Source of the DNA: Clostridiaceae bacterium
GTDB taxonomy: Bacteria; Bacillota; Clostridia; Saccharofermentanales; DTU023
Length of the DNA stretch: 64,000 bases
Direction of reading: 5' to 3'
NCBI GenBank assembly: GCA_012522435.1
Contig: JAAYKK010000006.1
Coordinates: 31,413 to 95,412 of the forward strand
In this document: positions 18,323-26,986 of the stretch, one piece after another
Numbering within the stretch: position 1 is the stretch's first letter
How the letters are laid out: the number at the start of each line of letters is the position of its first letter
The notes under the pieces: model-generated
Database searches by the model: none
What the model was told of the DNA's origin: nothing
The model's input: the letters and a program-made list of their open reading frames with translations, nothing else
Translations under genes and position numbers: made by a program

Positions 18323-20155
18323 ATGGAAAACAGTAAAAAAACTGAAAAAGTACGAATTTTCAGGAGCATTAAAGAATTACCGAGACATTTTCAGCGTCAA
18401 TGGAAAAGCATTTTAGTTTTTGCGATTGTCTTTCAATTATTAATGTCGTTTTTAATCAAACCAATTTCTTTTGGTTTGGGCAATAGTATTTTACGCCGAG
18501 CAAATATCCCTTCCTTACGTCTTGATTCACTTAGTTTAGCAGCAAGTAAACCTTTGTTTTGGTTAGTAGTATTTGTAGGCATGGTAGGATTTGCTTTTTT
18601 GATGTTGTTTCAGCTTTCCAGTTATGTGTTTTTAAGTTCCACAGAGCATCGAACAAATCAACTGTGGTCGGACTTAGGAATAGTATTACGGCGTATTCGT
18701 TATATGCTCTTACCAAGACGTTTATTACTTTTATTATTAATGTTGCCAATTCTGATCATATTAGGATTAACCTATAATCAAACCGTATTATCCGGTTTTC
18801 AAGTTCCTAAATTTATCCAAGAACATATCTTTTCTAACAATACTTTGGCTTCGCTAGCAACAATCTTGGCTTTGCTTGTAACCTATGCCGGATTACCTTT
18901 GGCTTTTGTATTGCATGGTTTTATTAGCGGAGGTTTGGGTTGGCGAGCAGCTTTAAAACAAAGTCTGCGTTTAACTAAGAGACAAAGTATTCGGCTACTT
19001 ATTTTAATTATTATTGTTCAGTTGATTACCGCTTTTATTATTCACGTACTCAGATTAACTGTCTTGACAGTTGTCTACGGAATAATAGTATTAACTCGTG
19101 GAAATCAGCTAACAGGCTTTGATTTTAGCTTGATGCTTGGAGTCAGCAGATTAATGCGTCATTTTAACTTGGTCATGCTTACTGCGATTACTCTTGCTGT
19201 ACAGAGTCAACAGTATCAAAAATTAGGCGGTAATATTTCATTAGAACAAGAAAAAAACCAATCTAAAACTATAAATCGTAAAGTGCGTTGGGTATTGAAT
19301 AGTTCAATTGTAATAATGATCTTATTATCTTTCTTTATGATCGGACATCAATTATTCTTAAACACTGTTCCGCATGGCAGTTGGTGGAACTTAACCGGTC
19401 ATGTGGAGATTGTAGCTCATCGTGGAAGTTCCAGATTTGCTCCGGAAAATACCTTAGCAGCTGTTAGAAAAGCAGTGGAACAAAGAGCTGATCGAGTTGA
19501 GGTTGACGTTCAATTAACTAAAGATGGTCATGTTGTATTGTTTCATGATTCCACATTACAAAGAATTGCTAATCGTCCTGAAAGAATTAAAGAATTGGAT
19601 TTAGCTGAAATCCAAGAAATTGATGCAGGAAGTTGGTTTGATGCAAAATATAATAATGAGAAAATTCCAACTTTGTCTGAAACATTAGACACTTTTTTAC
19701 CGTATGTAAATTTCAATATTGAATTAAAGCCTGATGGCAATAGTCAAGAATTGGCTCATGCTGTAGTGGAAATTATAAAGGAGAGAAATGCCTTTAGGCA
19801 ATGTGATCTTTCATCTTTGGATAAACAAGCAATTCTCAACGCAAAAGAACTGGATGATAGAGTAACCATTGGTATTATTTTGCCTCTGATAACCGGTAAT
19901 TTTCAAGCAGATGATAAAATGGATTATTATAGTGTTGAAACCAGTCAGATATCTATTGCTAAATTAGATGAAGCGCATCAATTAGGTCGCGCCGTTTATG
20001 TTTGGACAGTGAATGATAATGCTGATTTCACCAAGATGAGAGAATTACAAGTAGATGGTGTAATTACCGATGAACCTTTTCTCGCTAGAAAATTTTTAAC
20101 GGAAACTCCTTTTGAATTGGGTTTGTTGAACTTTTTGGATGAAAGTTCCGATTAA
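18323..20155 (+). CDS. Membrane protein with C-terminal glycerophosphodiester phosphodiesterase (GDPD) domain
   Basis: Multi-TM N-terminal half, then VAHRGSSRFAPENTLAA ... EVDVQLTKDGHVVLFHD, typical of GlpQ/UgpQ-type GDPD. Confidence 0.85.
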   Translation: MENSKKTEKVRIFRSIKELPRHFQRQWKSILVFAIVFQLLMSFLIKPISFGLGNSILRRANIPSLRLDSLSLAASKPLFWLVVFVGMVGFAFLMLFQLSSYVFLSSTEHRTNQLWSDLGIVLRRIRYMLLPRRLLLLLLMLPILIILGLTYNQTVLSGFQVPKFIQEHIFSNNTLASLATILALLVTYAGLPLAFVLHGFISGGLGWRAALKQSLRLTKRQSIRLLILIIIVQLITAFIIHVLRLTVLTVVYGIIVLTRGNQLTGFDFSLMLGVSRLMRHFNLVMLTAITLAVQSQQYQKLGGNISLEQEKNQSKTINRKVRWVLNSSIVIMILLSFFMIGHQLFLNTVPHGSWWNLTGHVEIVAHRGSSRFAPENTLAAVRKAVEQRADRVEVDVQLTKDGHVVLFHDSTLQRIANRPERIKELDLAEIQEIDAGSWFDAKYNNEKIPTLSETLDTFLPYVNFNIELKPDGNSQELAHAVVEIIKERNAFRQCDLSSLDKQAILNAKELDDRVTIGIILPLITGNFQADDKMDYYSVETSQISIAKLDEAHQLGRAVYVWTVNDNADFTKMRELQVDGVITDEPFLARKFLTETPFELGLLNFLDESSD

Positions 20156-20212
20156 ATAGATTTAATAATAATTAGGATTAAGATTTCTAAGTAAAGAAAG
20201 TAATATATTGAT

Positions 20213-21649
20213 ATGAAAAGAAGTTTTGCAAAGTATATTGAATGGTTAAAAACAAAAAAAGTAGCTGTTATCGGCCTAGGCATCAGCAATCAACCTTTAT
20301 TAAAATTGCTGGCAGAAAAGGGTATTACTGATCTTACAGCTTTTGATCGAATGAATTCTAAATCTCAATCAGCAGTTCAAATTAAAGCTGAATTTGCTGA
20401 AGCAGGACATAATATAACTTGGCATTTAGGTGATGACTACTTTGAACATCTTCAAGGTTTTGATGTAATCTTTCGTACCCCTATTTTGATGCCCTATACT
20501 GAATACTTAGTAGCTGAGAAGGCAAGAGGTGCTATTATTACTTCTGAAATGGAAGTCTTCCTTGAATATTGTCCGGCCAAAACTTTTGCGGTTACGGGAA
20601 GTGATGGTAAGTCAACAACCACCAGTTTAATTTATGCAATGTTAAAACAACAAACTGATGATGTCTATGTAGGGGGAAACATTGGACGACCTCTTCTGGC
20701 AGATCTTGAATTAATGACCGAGCAGTCAAAAGTAGTGCTTGAACTATCAAGTTTTCAATTAATTGATCTGCAAGTAAGTCCGAATGTTGCTGTACTAACC
20801 AATGTTACTCCAAATCATCTTGATATTCATCAAAATTTTTCTGAATATATTTCTGCCAAAAAACATATTTATCAGCATCAGTCGAATTTGGATAAAATTG
20901 TTCTAAATGGTAATTTTTCTGAATTTGCAAAAGATTGGCATAAACTAAAAGGAGAGATAGTTTGGTTTAATCAAAGATATAGTAATTGTGAGCATCCACT
21001 ATATGCTAGACAAAATGGATATTTAGGAAATTTTGCAAAAAACTCTAACACTTTTAAACCATTGATTGCCGAATCCAATTTGCATCTATTGGGTGAATAT
21101 AATTTAGAAAATTGTCTGGCTGCGATAGCTGCAGTAAAAGACGATGTAACATCTGAAAACATTGAAAAATCTGTGCGAGAATTTGAAGGCCTGGCACATC
21201 GTTTAGAATTCATACGTGAGCTTGACCAAGTAAGCTATTACAATAGCTCAATCGACAGCTCACCCGAACGTAGTAAACATACAATCGATACTTTTATCCA
21301 AAATGGGACACCTACTGTATTAATTATGGGCGGCAAAGATAAAAATTCAGATTATAGCGGATTAGGCAGAATTGTTGCTGCAGCAACGGATAAATTAATC
21401 TTATGTGGTGAAAATGCCGGATTAATTGAAGAACAAGTAAAAAAAGAAGCTCATATGATTGGCAAATCTTTTAGCTCAATTGATGTTTTTCATTGTGCAA
21501 ATTATGAAGAAGCAGTTAAAAGAGCTTATTTGATAGCCAGACCTGGTGAGGCTGTAGTCTTAAGTCCTTCAGGTACATCCTTTGACAGTTTTAATAATTT
21601 CGAAGAAAGAGGAAATCTGTTTAAAGATCTTGTTAATCAGCTACCATAA
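20213..21649 (+). CDS. murD: UDP-N-acetylmuramoylalanine--D-glutamate ligase
   Basis: VIGLGISN N-terminal domain, Mur ligase P-loop GSDGKSTT, and TNVTPNHLD. Confidence 0.9.
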   Translation: MKRSFAKYIEWLKTKKVAVIGLGISNQPLLKLLAEKGITDLTAFDRMNSKSQSAVQIKAEFAEAGHNITWHLGDDYFEHLQGFDVIFRTPILMPYTEYLVAEKARGAIITSEMEVFLEYCPAKTFAVTGSDGKSTTTSLIYAMLKQQTDDVYVGGNIGRPLLADLELMTEQSKVVLELSSFQLIDLQVSPNVAVLTNVTPNHLDIHQNFSEYISAKKHIYQHQSNLDKIVLNGNFSEFAKDWHKLKGEIVWFNQRYSNCEHPLYARQNGYLGNFAKNSNTFKPLIAESNLHLLGEYNLENCLAAIAAVKDDVTSENIEKSVREFEGLAHRLEFIRELDQVSYYNSSIDSSPERSKHTIDTFIQNGTPTVLIMGGKDKNSDYSGLGRIVAAATDKLILCGENAGLIEEQVKKEAHMIGKSFSSIDVFHCANYEEAVKRAYLIARPGEAVVLSPSGTSFDSFNNFEERGNLFKDLVNQLP

Positions 21650-21783
21650 AATAACTATAGCTATTTATTAATTAATGAAAGCTCATAGTTCTGTTGATTA
21701 TTAATAACTTCTTAAACAAGTATGTGCTTTTAAAACAAATTTTTATCTACTATAATTAAATAACCTGATATAAAGGATTGTTT

Positions 21784-22980
21784 ATGCTTAAAAAAAATGA
21801 CAAAAAATTTATTATCTCAGTATTATTGGTAATCTTTGCAGGACTGATAGTTGTTGTAAAAATTGATCTAATAGGCAAAATTAGCGGTCAGTTTCTAAAA
21901 CTGCTAACCCCTTTATTTGTGGGAATATTATTAGCTTTGCTCTTAAATAGACCAATTGAATTTTTGAAAAAACAATTCAGAAAAATTCCTTATTTTAATA
22001 ATCAAAAAGCAAAAATACCGGCAATTATTATCAGCTATCTACTGTTTCTTGGAGCAGTGGTGGGATTGTTTTTGATTATGATACCACAGCTTGTCGAGAG
22101 TTTCGGTGAGTTTATTTCAAACTTTGAGGGATATTCAAAAACATTTACCAAAACTGTGAATACTATTTCTAATTGGTTTGAACAATATAAAATCGACCCG
22201 AAAATTATCTCTAATTTTGGAGAAAAAGGGCTGGAAAAAATAGACTCAATTATAGATTATTTACCGGAGGCATTGAGTAAGGTTGTTTCCGGAGTTGCTT
22301 CTGTTGCTACAGTTGTCGCAACGTTCTTTATGGGTTTGATCATTTCAATCTATATTTTAGTAGACAAAAAGAATTTGAAAAGACAGTTTCGCAGGACAAC
22401 CAATGCACTAACTCCGGTTAGAGCACAACCACGCTTACATCACGTGTTCACAGTGGTTCATCGTACTCTTTCAAGTTATGTATATACTCAAATTACTGAA
22501 AGTTTCATATTAGGAGTGATGTGTTTTATAGGTTTGGTTATCTTTGGATTTCCTTACCCATTGATCATAAGTGTATTGAACGGCTTATCTGTGCTGATTC
22601 CAATAGTAGGTGCCTGGATAGGCGGACTTTTTGGTGCACTTATCATAATCTTTGTTGAACCCAAAATGCTCTTAGGTTATTTCGTGTATATTGTTATTTT
22701 GCAGCAAATTGAAAACAACTTCATTTACCCTCGTAGAGTTACAGATTCGCTTAATTTACCGCAAGTTTGGGTATTAGTAGCAATCACAGTGGGTGGTGGG
22801 TTATTAGGTATTACCGGTGCTTTGATAGCAGTGCCTGTGGCGTCAATTTTTTATCAATTGATTGATGAAGGAGTTGAAAGCAAAGAACAGAAACGTCGTC
22901 TAGAGGCCAATGAGCAAAGACAAGAAGCAAATAAAAGAACTGTCATACCGAGTAATATAAATGAAAATGACGACGATTAA
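21784..22980 (+). CDS. AI-2E family transporter (PerM/YhhT, UPF0118)
   Basis: About 8 TM segments and the conserved LQQIENNFIYPR motif. AAAGGA lies 6 nt before the ATG at 21784. Confidence 0.85.
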   Translation: MLKKNDKKFIISVLLVIFAGLIVVVKIDLIGKISGQFLKLLTPLFVGILLALLLNRPIEFLKKQFRKIPYFNNQKAKIPAIIISYLLFLGAVVGLFLIMIPQLVESFGEFISNFEGYSKTFTKTVNTISNWFEQYKIDPKIISNFGEKGLEKIDSIIDYLPEALSKVVSGVASVATVVATFFMGLIISIYILVDKKNLKRQFRRTTNALTPVRAQPRLHHVFTVVHRTLSSYVYTQITESFILGVMCFIGLVIFGFPYPLIISVLNGLSVLIPIVGAWIGGLFGALIIIFVEPKMLLGYFVYIVILQQIENNFIYPRRVTDSLNLPQVWVLVAITVGGGLLGITGALIAVPVASIFYQLIDEGVESKEQKRRLEANEQRQEANKRTVIPSNINENDDD

Positions 22981-23041
22981 CAAATATAATTCGATAATCT
23001 CAAACATATTAATCAAGATTAATATTATTTAGGAGGTAACA

Positions 23042-23977
23042 ATGAATAATATTATCAAAAGGAAAAAGAATTTATTAATTACACTTATTATATTCAGTTT
23101 TGTATTTACTCTGATTAGCGGTTTTGGCAGTGTGACTGTCAATGCGGCTAAAGAGTGGGAAAGAGATGTTTTTACCTATGGTACAGGATTGAGTAATGAT
23201 CAATTAACTGAAGTTGAGCGATTGATCGGAGTACCGCAAAACCAAGAACTTGATCGGATCATCGTTAACAGTAGTGACTATCAGCGCTTTACCGGAAAAG
23301 CGATTGATGACAGTCAGTTATATTCTTCAGCAATTATTGTAAAAACTGCTTCCGGTTCAGGTGTACATGTTTATATCAACACACCGGAAAACATCACGCA
23401 GATCAAAGACCATCAGTACATGAATGCTGCAATTACATCGGGCATTACAGATTGTGATATTGTTGTTGGTTCACCGGTTCAAGTCACCGGAGAAACTGCT
23501 CTGATCGGCGTTTACAAAGCATTTGAAAGCCAAGGCTTTGAAATAAATGAAGAGGCAACAAAAATTGCTACTAAAGAATTAGGAGTCGTCAATGAAATTA
23601 ATCAGGACAATACTGAAAATCCTGAATTTAATTCCGAAGATTTTAGTTTAGCTATAGCTGAGATAAAACGACAGATTTCTGAAATGTCAAAAGATGGTTC
23701 AATAAATATCGAAGAAATTAATGTCATTATCAATAACGTACTGAATCAGTACAATATCAATATTAGTGATATAGATAAAGAAAAACTATCTGAATGGCTG
23801 AATGAATTTAAAGAATTAGACATTGACTGGGATATAATTGGCCAGGAATTAAGTGGCTTAGGAAACTTGATTTCGGACAAAGCTGATGATATTTATAAAT
23901 GGGGACAAGAATCCGGTTTCTTTGCTAAAATTTGGCAAGCAATTGTAGATTTCTTTAAATCCATATTTGGTAATTAA
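23042..23977 (+). CDS. Secreted DUF1002 / YpuA-like protein
   Basis: Signal peptide, blocks recalled from B. subtilis YpuA (GTGLSNDQLTEV..GVP, VTGETALIGVYKAFE, DIDW), and a hydrophobic C-terminal tail. This rests on memory, not a search. Confidence 0.6.
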   Translation: MNNIIKRKKNLLITLIIFSFVFTLISGFGSVTVNAAKEWERDVFTYGTGLSNDQLTEVERLIGVPQNQELDRIIVNSSDYQRFTGKAIDDSQLYSSAIIVKTASGSGVHVYINTPENITQIKDHQYMNAAITSGITDCDIVVGSPVQVTGETALIGVYKAFESQGFEINEEATKIATKELGVVNEINQDNTENPEFNSEDFSLAIAEIKRQISEMSKDGSINIEEINVIINNVLNQYNINISDIDKEKLSEWLNEFKELDIDWDIIGQELSGLGNLISDKADDIYKWGQESGFFAKIWQAIVDFFKSIFGN

Positions 23978-24035
23978 TCTGCCATTTATTCAAAGAATTA
24001 TTTGAATTATTAAAAATAATACCCGAGCAAATAAC

Positions 24036-24064
24036 TTTACATGACAGTTTGTTTGAGGTATCAT
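24036..24064 (+). promoter_or_regulatory. Sigma-A-type promoter of rpsO
   Basis: TTTACA - 17 nt - TATCAT. It predicts a leader of about 65 nt before the AGGAGG/ATG of rpsO. Confidence 0.55.
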
Positions 24065-24135
24065 GCACAAGATCACCTTTGCAAAGTTTTAGGACAGTCC
24101 GACCTTTTACTTTGCTCGAGGCTTAGGAGGAAATT

Positions 24136-24399
24136 ATGGACAAACAAAAAATACAAGAGATTATCGACCAATTCAAAATTAATGAAAACGATACCGGTTC
24201 ACCGGAAGTTCAAATTGCAATGTTGACTGAACGAATTCGTCATTTGACTGAGCATCTGAAAGTACATACAGGAGATCACCATTCACGTCGTGGTATGTTG
24301 ACTCTAGTTGGTAAAAGAAGAGGCTTACTGAATTATTTAGAAAAGAATGATATAGAGCGTTATAGAGCAATAATTGCTAAATTAGGATTAAGAAGATAA
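24136..24399 (+). CDS. rpsO: 30S ribosomal protein S15
   Basis: 87 aa with [33 protein letters not shown] Shine-Dalgarno. Confidence 0.97.
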   Translation: MDKQKIQEIIDQFKINENDTGSPEVQIAMLTERIRHLTEHLKVHTGDHHSRRGMLTLVGKRRGLLNYLEKNDIERYRAIIAKLGLRR

Positions 24400-24403
24400 T
24401 TCG

Positions 24404-24430
24404 AAAGGCGGGAAATTCCCGCCTTTTATC
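24404..24430 (+). terminator. Rho-independent terminator after rpsO
   Basis: AAAGGCGGGAA/ATTCCCGCCTTT hairpin followed by TTTAT. Confidence 0.8.
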
Positions 24431-24565
24431 AGTAAAAGTATTATTCGAGCAATGACTGTGGGAGGTAGGTTGAAAAACTGTATTTATTTTTCAGTAAAAT
24501 GTAGCTGAAGGACAGTTTTTGAATCTACATACTACCGTCAGATGCTCCGAATTACAGGAGGAATT

Positions 24566-26893
24566 ATGACAAAAAAAGTTTTTGAAACTGTTTATTGTGG
24601 CGAAAAATTAGTCATTGAAACCGGAGAAATTGCAAACTTTGCAAATGGTTCTGTATTAATTCGCCATGGTGACACAGTAGTATTATCAACCGTAGCTTCG
24701 GCGAAACCGCGTGAAGGCATAGATTTTTTCCCATTAAGCGTTGATTATGAAGAAAAAATGTATAGTGTAGGTAAAATCCCGGGAGGTTTTTTGCGTCGAG
24801 AGGGTAGACCTACAAACCATGCTATGCTCACATCAAGAATGATTGATCGCCCGATGCGACCATTGTTCCCGGATGATCTGCGCAATGAGGTTACAATTAA
24901 CAATCTGGTCTTGAGCACTGATCATGACTGTGCACCTGAAATAACTGCAATGTTAGGAGCCGCTCTTGCAACATCTATTTCGGATGTTCCTTGGAACGGA
25001 CCGATGGCGGGTGTTCAAGTTGCATTGATTGACGATGAAATTATTTTAAATCCGAGTCTGGAACAAAGGGAGAATAGTGAACTGGAGCTTACCGTTGCCG
25101 GTACGAAAGATCATGTTTGCATGATTGAAGCCGGTGCCAATGAAGTCTCAGAAGAAATTATGATGGATGCAATTATTAAAGCACATCAAGAAATTCAAAA
25201 GACTTGTGTTTTCTTCCAAGAAATCGTCGATGAAATCGGTAAAGAAAAATACGAATATGAATCATTTGCTCTGGACAATGATTTGAAAGAACGTGTTTTT
25301 GAATTAGCTTATGATAAGGTGAGAGACGGTATCTTAAGTGCTGATAAAGCTGTCAGAGATCTACAACTTTCTGCAATCAGAGAAGAAGCAAAAGCTATTG
25401 TTGAAGCTGAGAATGAAGATTGGTTGGATAATTTCAATGAAGCTTTCACAGCTGTTGAAGCAAGTGTTTTGCGTGAATATTTGGCTAAAGATCATCAACG
25501 TGTAGACGGACGTGGTTTAAATGATATTCGTGAACTATCAGCAGAAGTAGGTTTATTACCCAGAGTTCATGGTTCAGCTTTATTCCAACGCGGACAAACA
25601 CAAGTATTAAATATTACAACTTTATCCGGTTTAGCTGATGCGCAAAAACTTGACGGAATTTCACCTGAAACCGAGATGCGTTATATGCATCATTATAATT
25701 TTCCTTCCTACAGTGTAGGGGAAGCAAGACCAAATCGTTCACCGGGTAGACGAGAAATCGGACATGGTGATTTAGCGGAGCGTTCGTTATTGCCTGTATT
25801 ACCATCGGAAGAAGATTTTCCATATACGATTAGGACAGTTTCTGAAGTAACCATGTCAAATGGTTCAACTTCACAAGGATCTGTCTGTGCCTCTACTTTA
25901 TCTTTGATGGATGCCGGCGTACCGATTAAAAGGCCTGTGGCAGGTATTTCTGCTGGTTTATTGATTGATCAGGAAAGCGATGATCAGGATGATTATATTG
26001 TTTTCATGGACATTCAAGGCATTGAAGACTTCCACGGAGATATGGATTTCAAAGTAGCCGGGACGACCGAAGGAATCACTTCGATTCAAGTTGATATTAA
26101 AGTTCAAGGTTTGTCTTATAATATAATTCGTGACGCTTTAGAATTAACAAGAAAAGGACGCTTGCAAATCATTAATGATGTAATCGTACCTTGTATTGCT
26201 AAACCACGCGAACTTTTATCAGAATATGCACCGAAGATTGAAATTATCGATATACCTGCAGATAAAATTGGTGAACTGATCGGTTCAGGTGGCAAGACAA
26301 TAAAAGCTATTACTGAAGCGAGTGAAGCAGAGATTGATATTGTTGAAGATCAAGCAGTAGGACATGTCCATATTGCCGCTCCAAATGCAGAAGCATCAGA
26401 AAAAGCAAAGAAATATATTGACTTAATTATCAATGATCCGGAAGTTGGTTCAGAATTTGACGGTGTTGTAACACGTTTAATGAACTTTGGCGCTTTTGTT
26501 GAATATGCACCGGGTAAAGAAGGCTTGGTCCATATTTCGAAAATGGCTTGGCATCATGTGAATGAAGTTGAAGATATGGTAGAACCTGGTCAGGAAGTCA
26601 GAGTGTATGTTGAAGAAATAGATTCTCAAGGTAGGATTAACTTGTCAATGCGCAATCCTGAAGAAAAACCTGACAATTATCAGGAACGTCGTCCGAGAGG
26701 TGGTGGACGTGGTGATAACCGCCGTGGCCCAAGAGATAATCGTAGAGGCGGTAGAGATAATCGACGCGCTGGTGACAGGGATCGTCGTGGATCAGGGAAT
26801 TACAACAGAAGAAATGATCGCGACAATAAATCAGAAAGATTTGAAAAGAAATCTTTTGATTTGCCGGATGATCATAACGTGCATGAATTTTAA
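24566..26893 (+). CDS. pnp: Polynucleotide phosphorylase with Arg/Gly-rich C-terminal extension
   Basis: Two RNase PH domains, KH (IGSGGKTIK), S1 (GVVTRLMNFGAFVE), then an RGG/RDNRR-type tail. AGGAGG lies before the ATG at 24566. Confidence 0.95.
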   Translation: MTKKVFETVYCGEKLVIETGEIANFANGSVLIRHGDTVVLSTVASAKPREGIDFFPLSVDYEEKMYSVGKIPGGFLRREGRPTNHAMLTSRMIDRPMRPLFPDDLRNEVTINNLVLSTDHDCAPEITAMLGAALATSISDVPWNGPMAGVQVALIDDEIILNPSLEQRENSELELTVAGTKDHVCMIEAGANEVSEEIMMDAIIKAHQEIQKTCVFFQEIVDEIGKEKYEYESFALDNDLKERVFELAYDKVRDGILSADKAVRDLQLSAIREEAKAIVEAENEDWLDNFNEAFTAVEASVLREYLAKDHQRVDGRGLNDIRELSAEVGLLPRVHGSALFQRGQTQVLNITTLSGLADAQKLDGISPETEMRYMHHYNFPSYSVGEARPNRSPGRREIGHGDLAERSLLPVLPSEEDFPYTIRTVSEVTMSNGSTSQGSVCASTLSLMDAGVPIKRPVAGISAGLLIDQESDDQDDYIVFMDIQGIEDFHGDMDFKVAGTTEGITSIQVDIKVQGLSYNIIRDALELTRKGRLQIINDVIVPCIAKPRELLSEYAPKIEIIDIPADKIGELIGSGGKTIKAITEASEAEIDIVEDQAVGHVHIAAPNAEASEKAKKYIDLIINDPEVGSEFDGVVTRLMNFGAFVEYAPGKEGLVHISKMAWHHVNEVEDMVEPGQEVRVYVEEIDSQGRINLSMRNPEEKPDNYQERRPRGGGRGDNRRGPRDNRRGGRDNRRAGDRDRRGSGNYNRRNDRDNKSERFEKKSFDLPDDHNVHEF

Positions 26894-26927
26894 TTATTAA
26901 AATATAATTAATAATAGTTTAATTTTA

Positions 26928-26960
26928 ACAGCAAGCTCAAATGAGCTTGCTGTTTTATTT
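26928..26960 (+). terminator. Rho-independent terminator after pnp
   Basis: ACAGCAAGCTC-AAAT-GAGCTTGCTGT hairpin followed by TTTTATTTT. Confidence 0.85.
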
Positions 26961-26986
26961 TGCTTTTCAATTTAATAGTCTATAAT

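Noticed and set aside
24041-24226. 61-aa plus-strand ORF overlapping the rpsO leader and start
   Set aside because: It begins within the predicted rpsO promoter and runs out of frame into rpsO. It has no SD.
26700-26900. 66-aa plus-strand ORF in an alternative frame of the pnp tail
   Set aside because: It is the out-of-frame reading of the Arg-codon repeat region. The pnp frame continues uninterrupted and ends at 26893.
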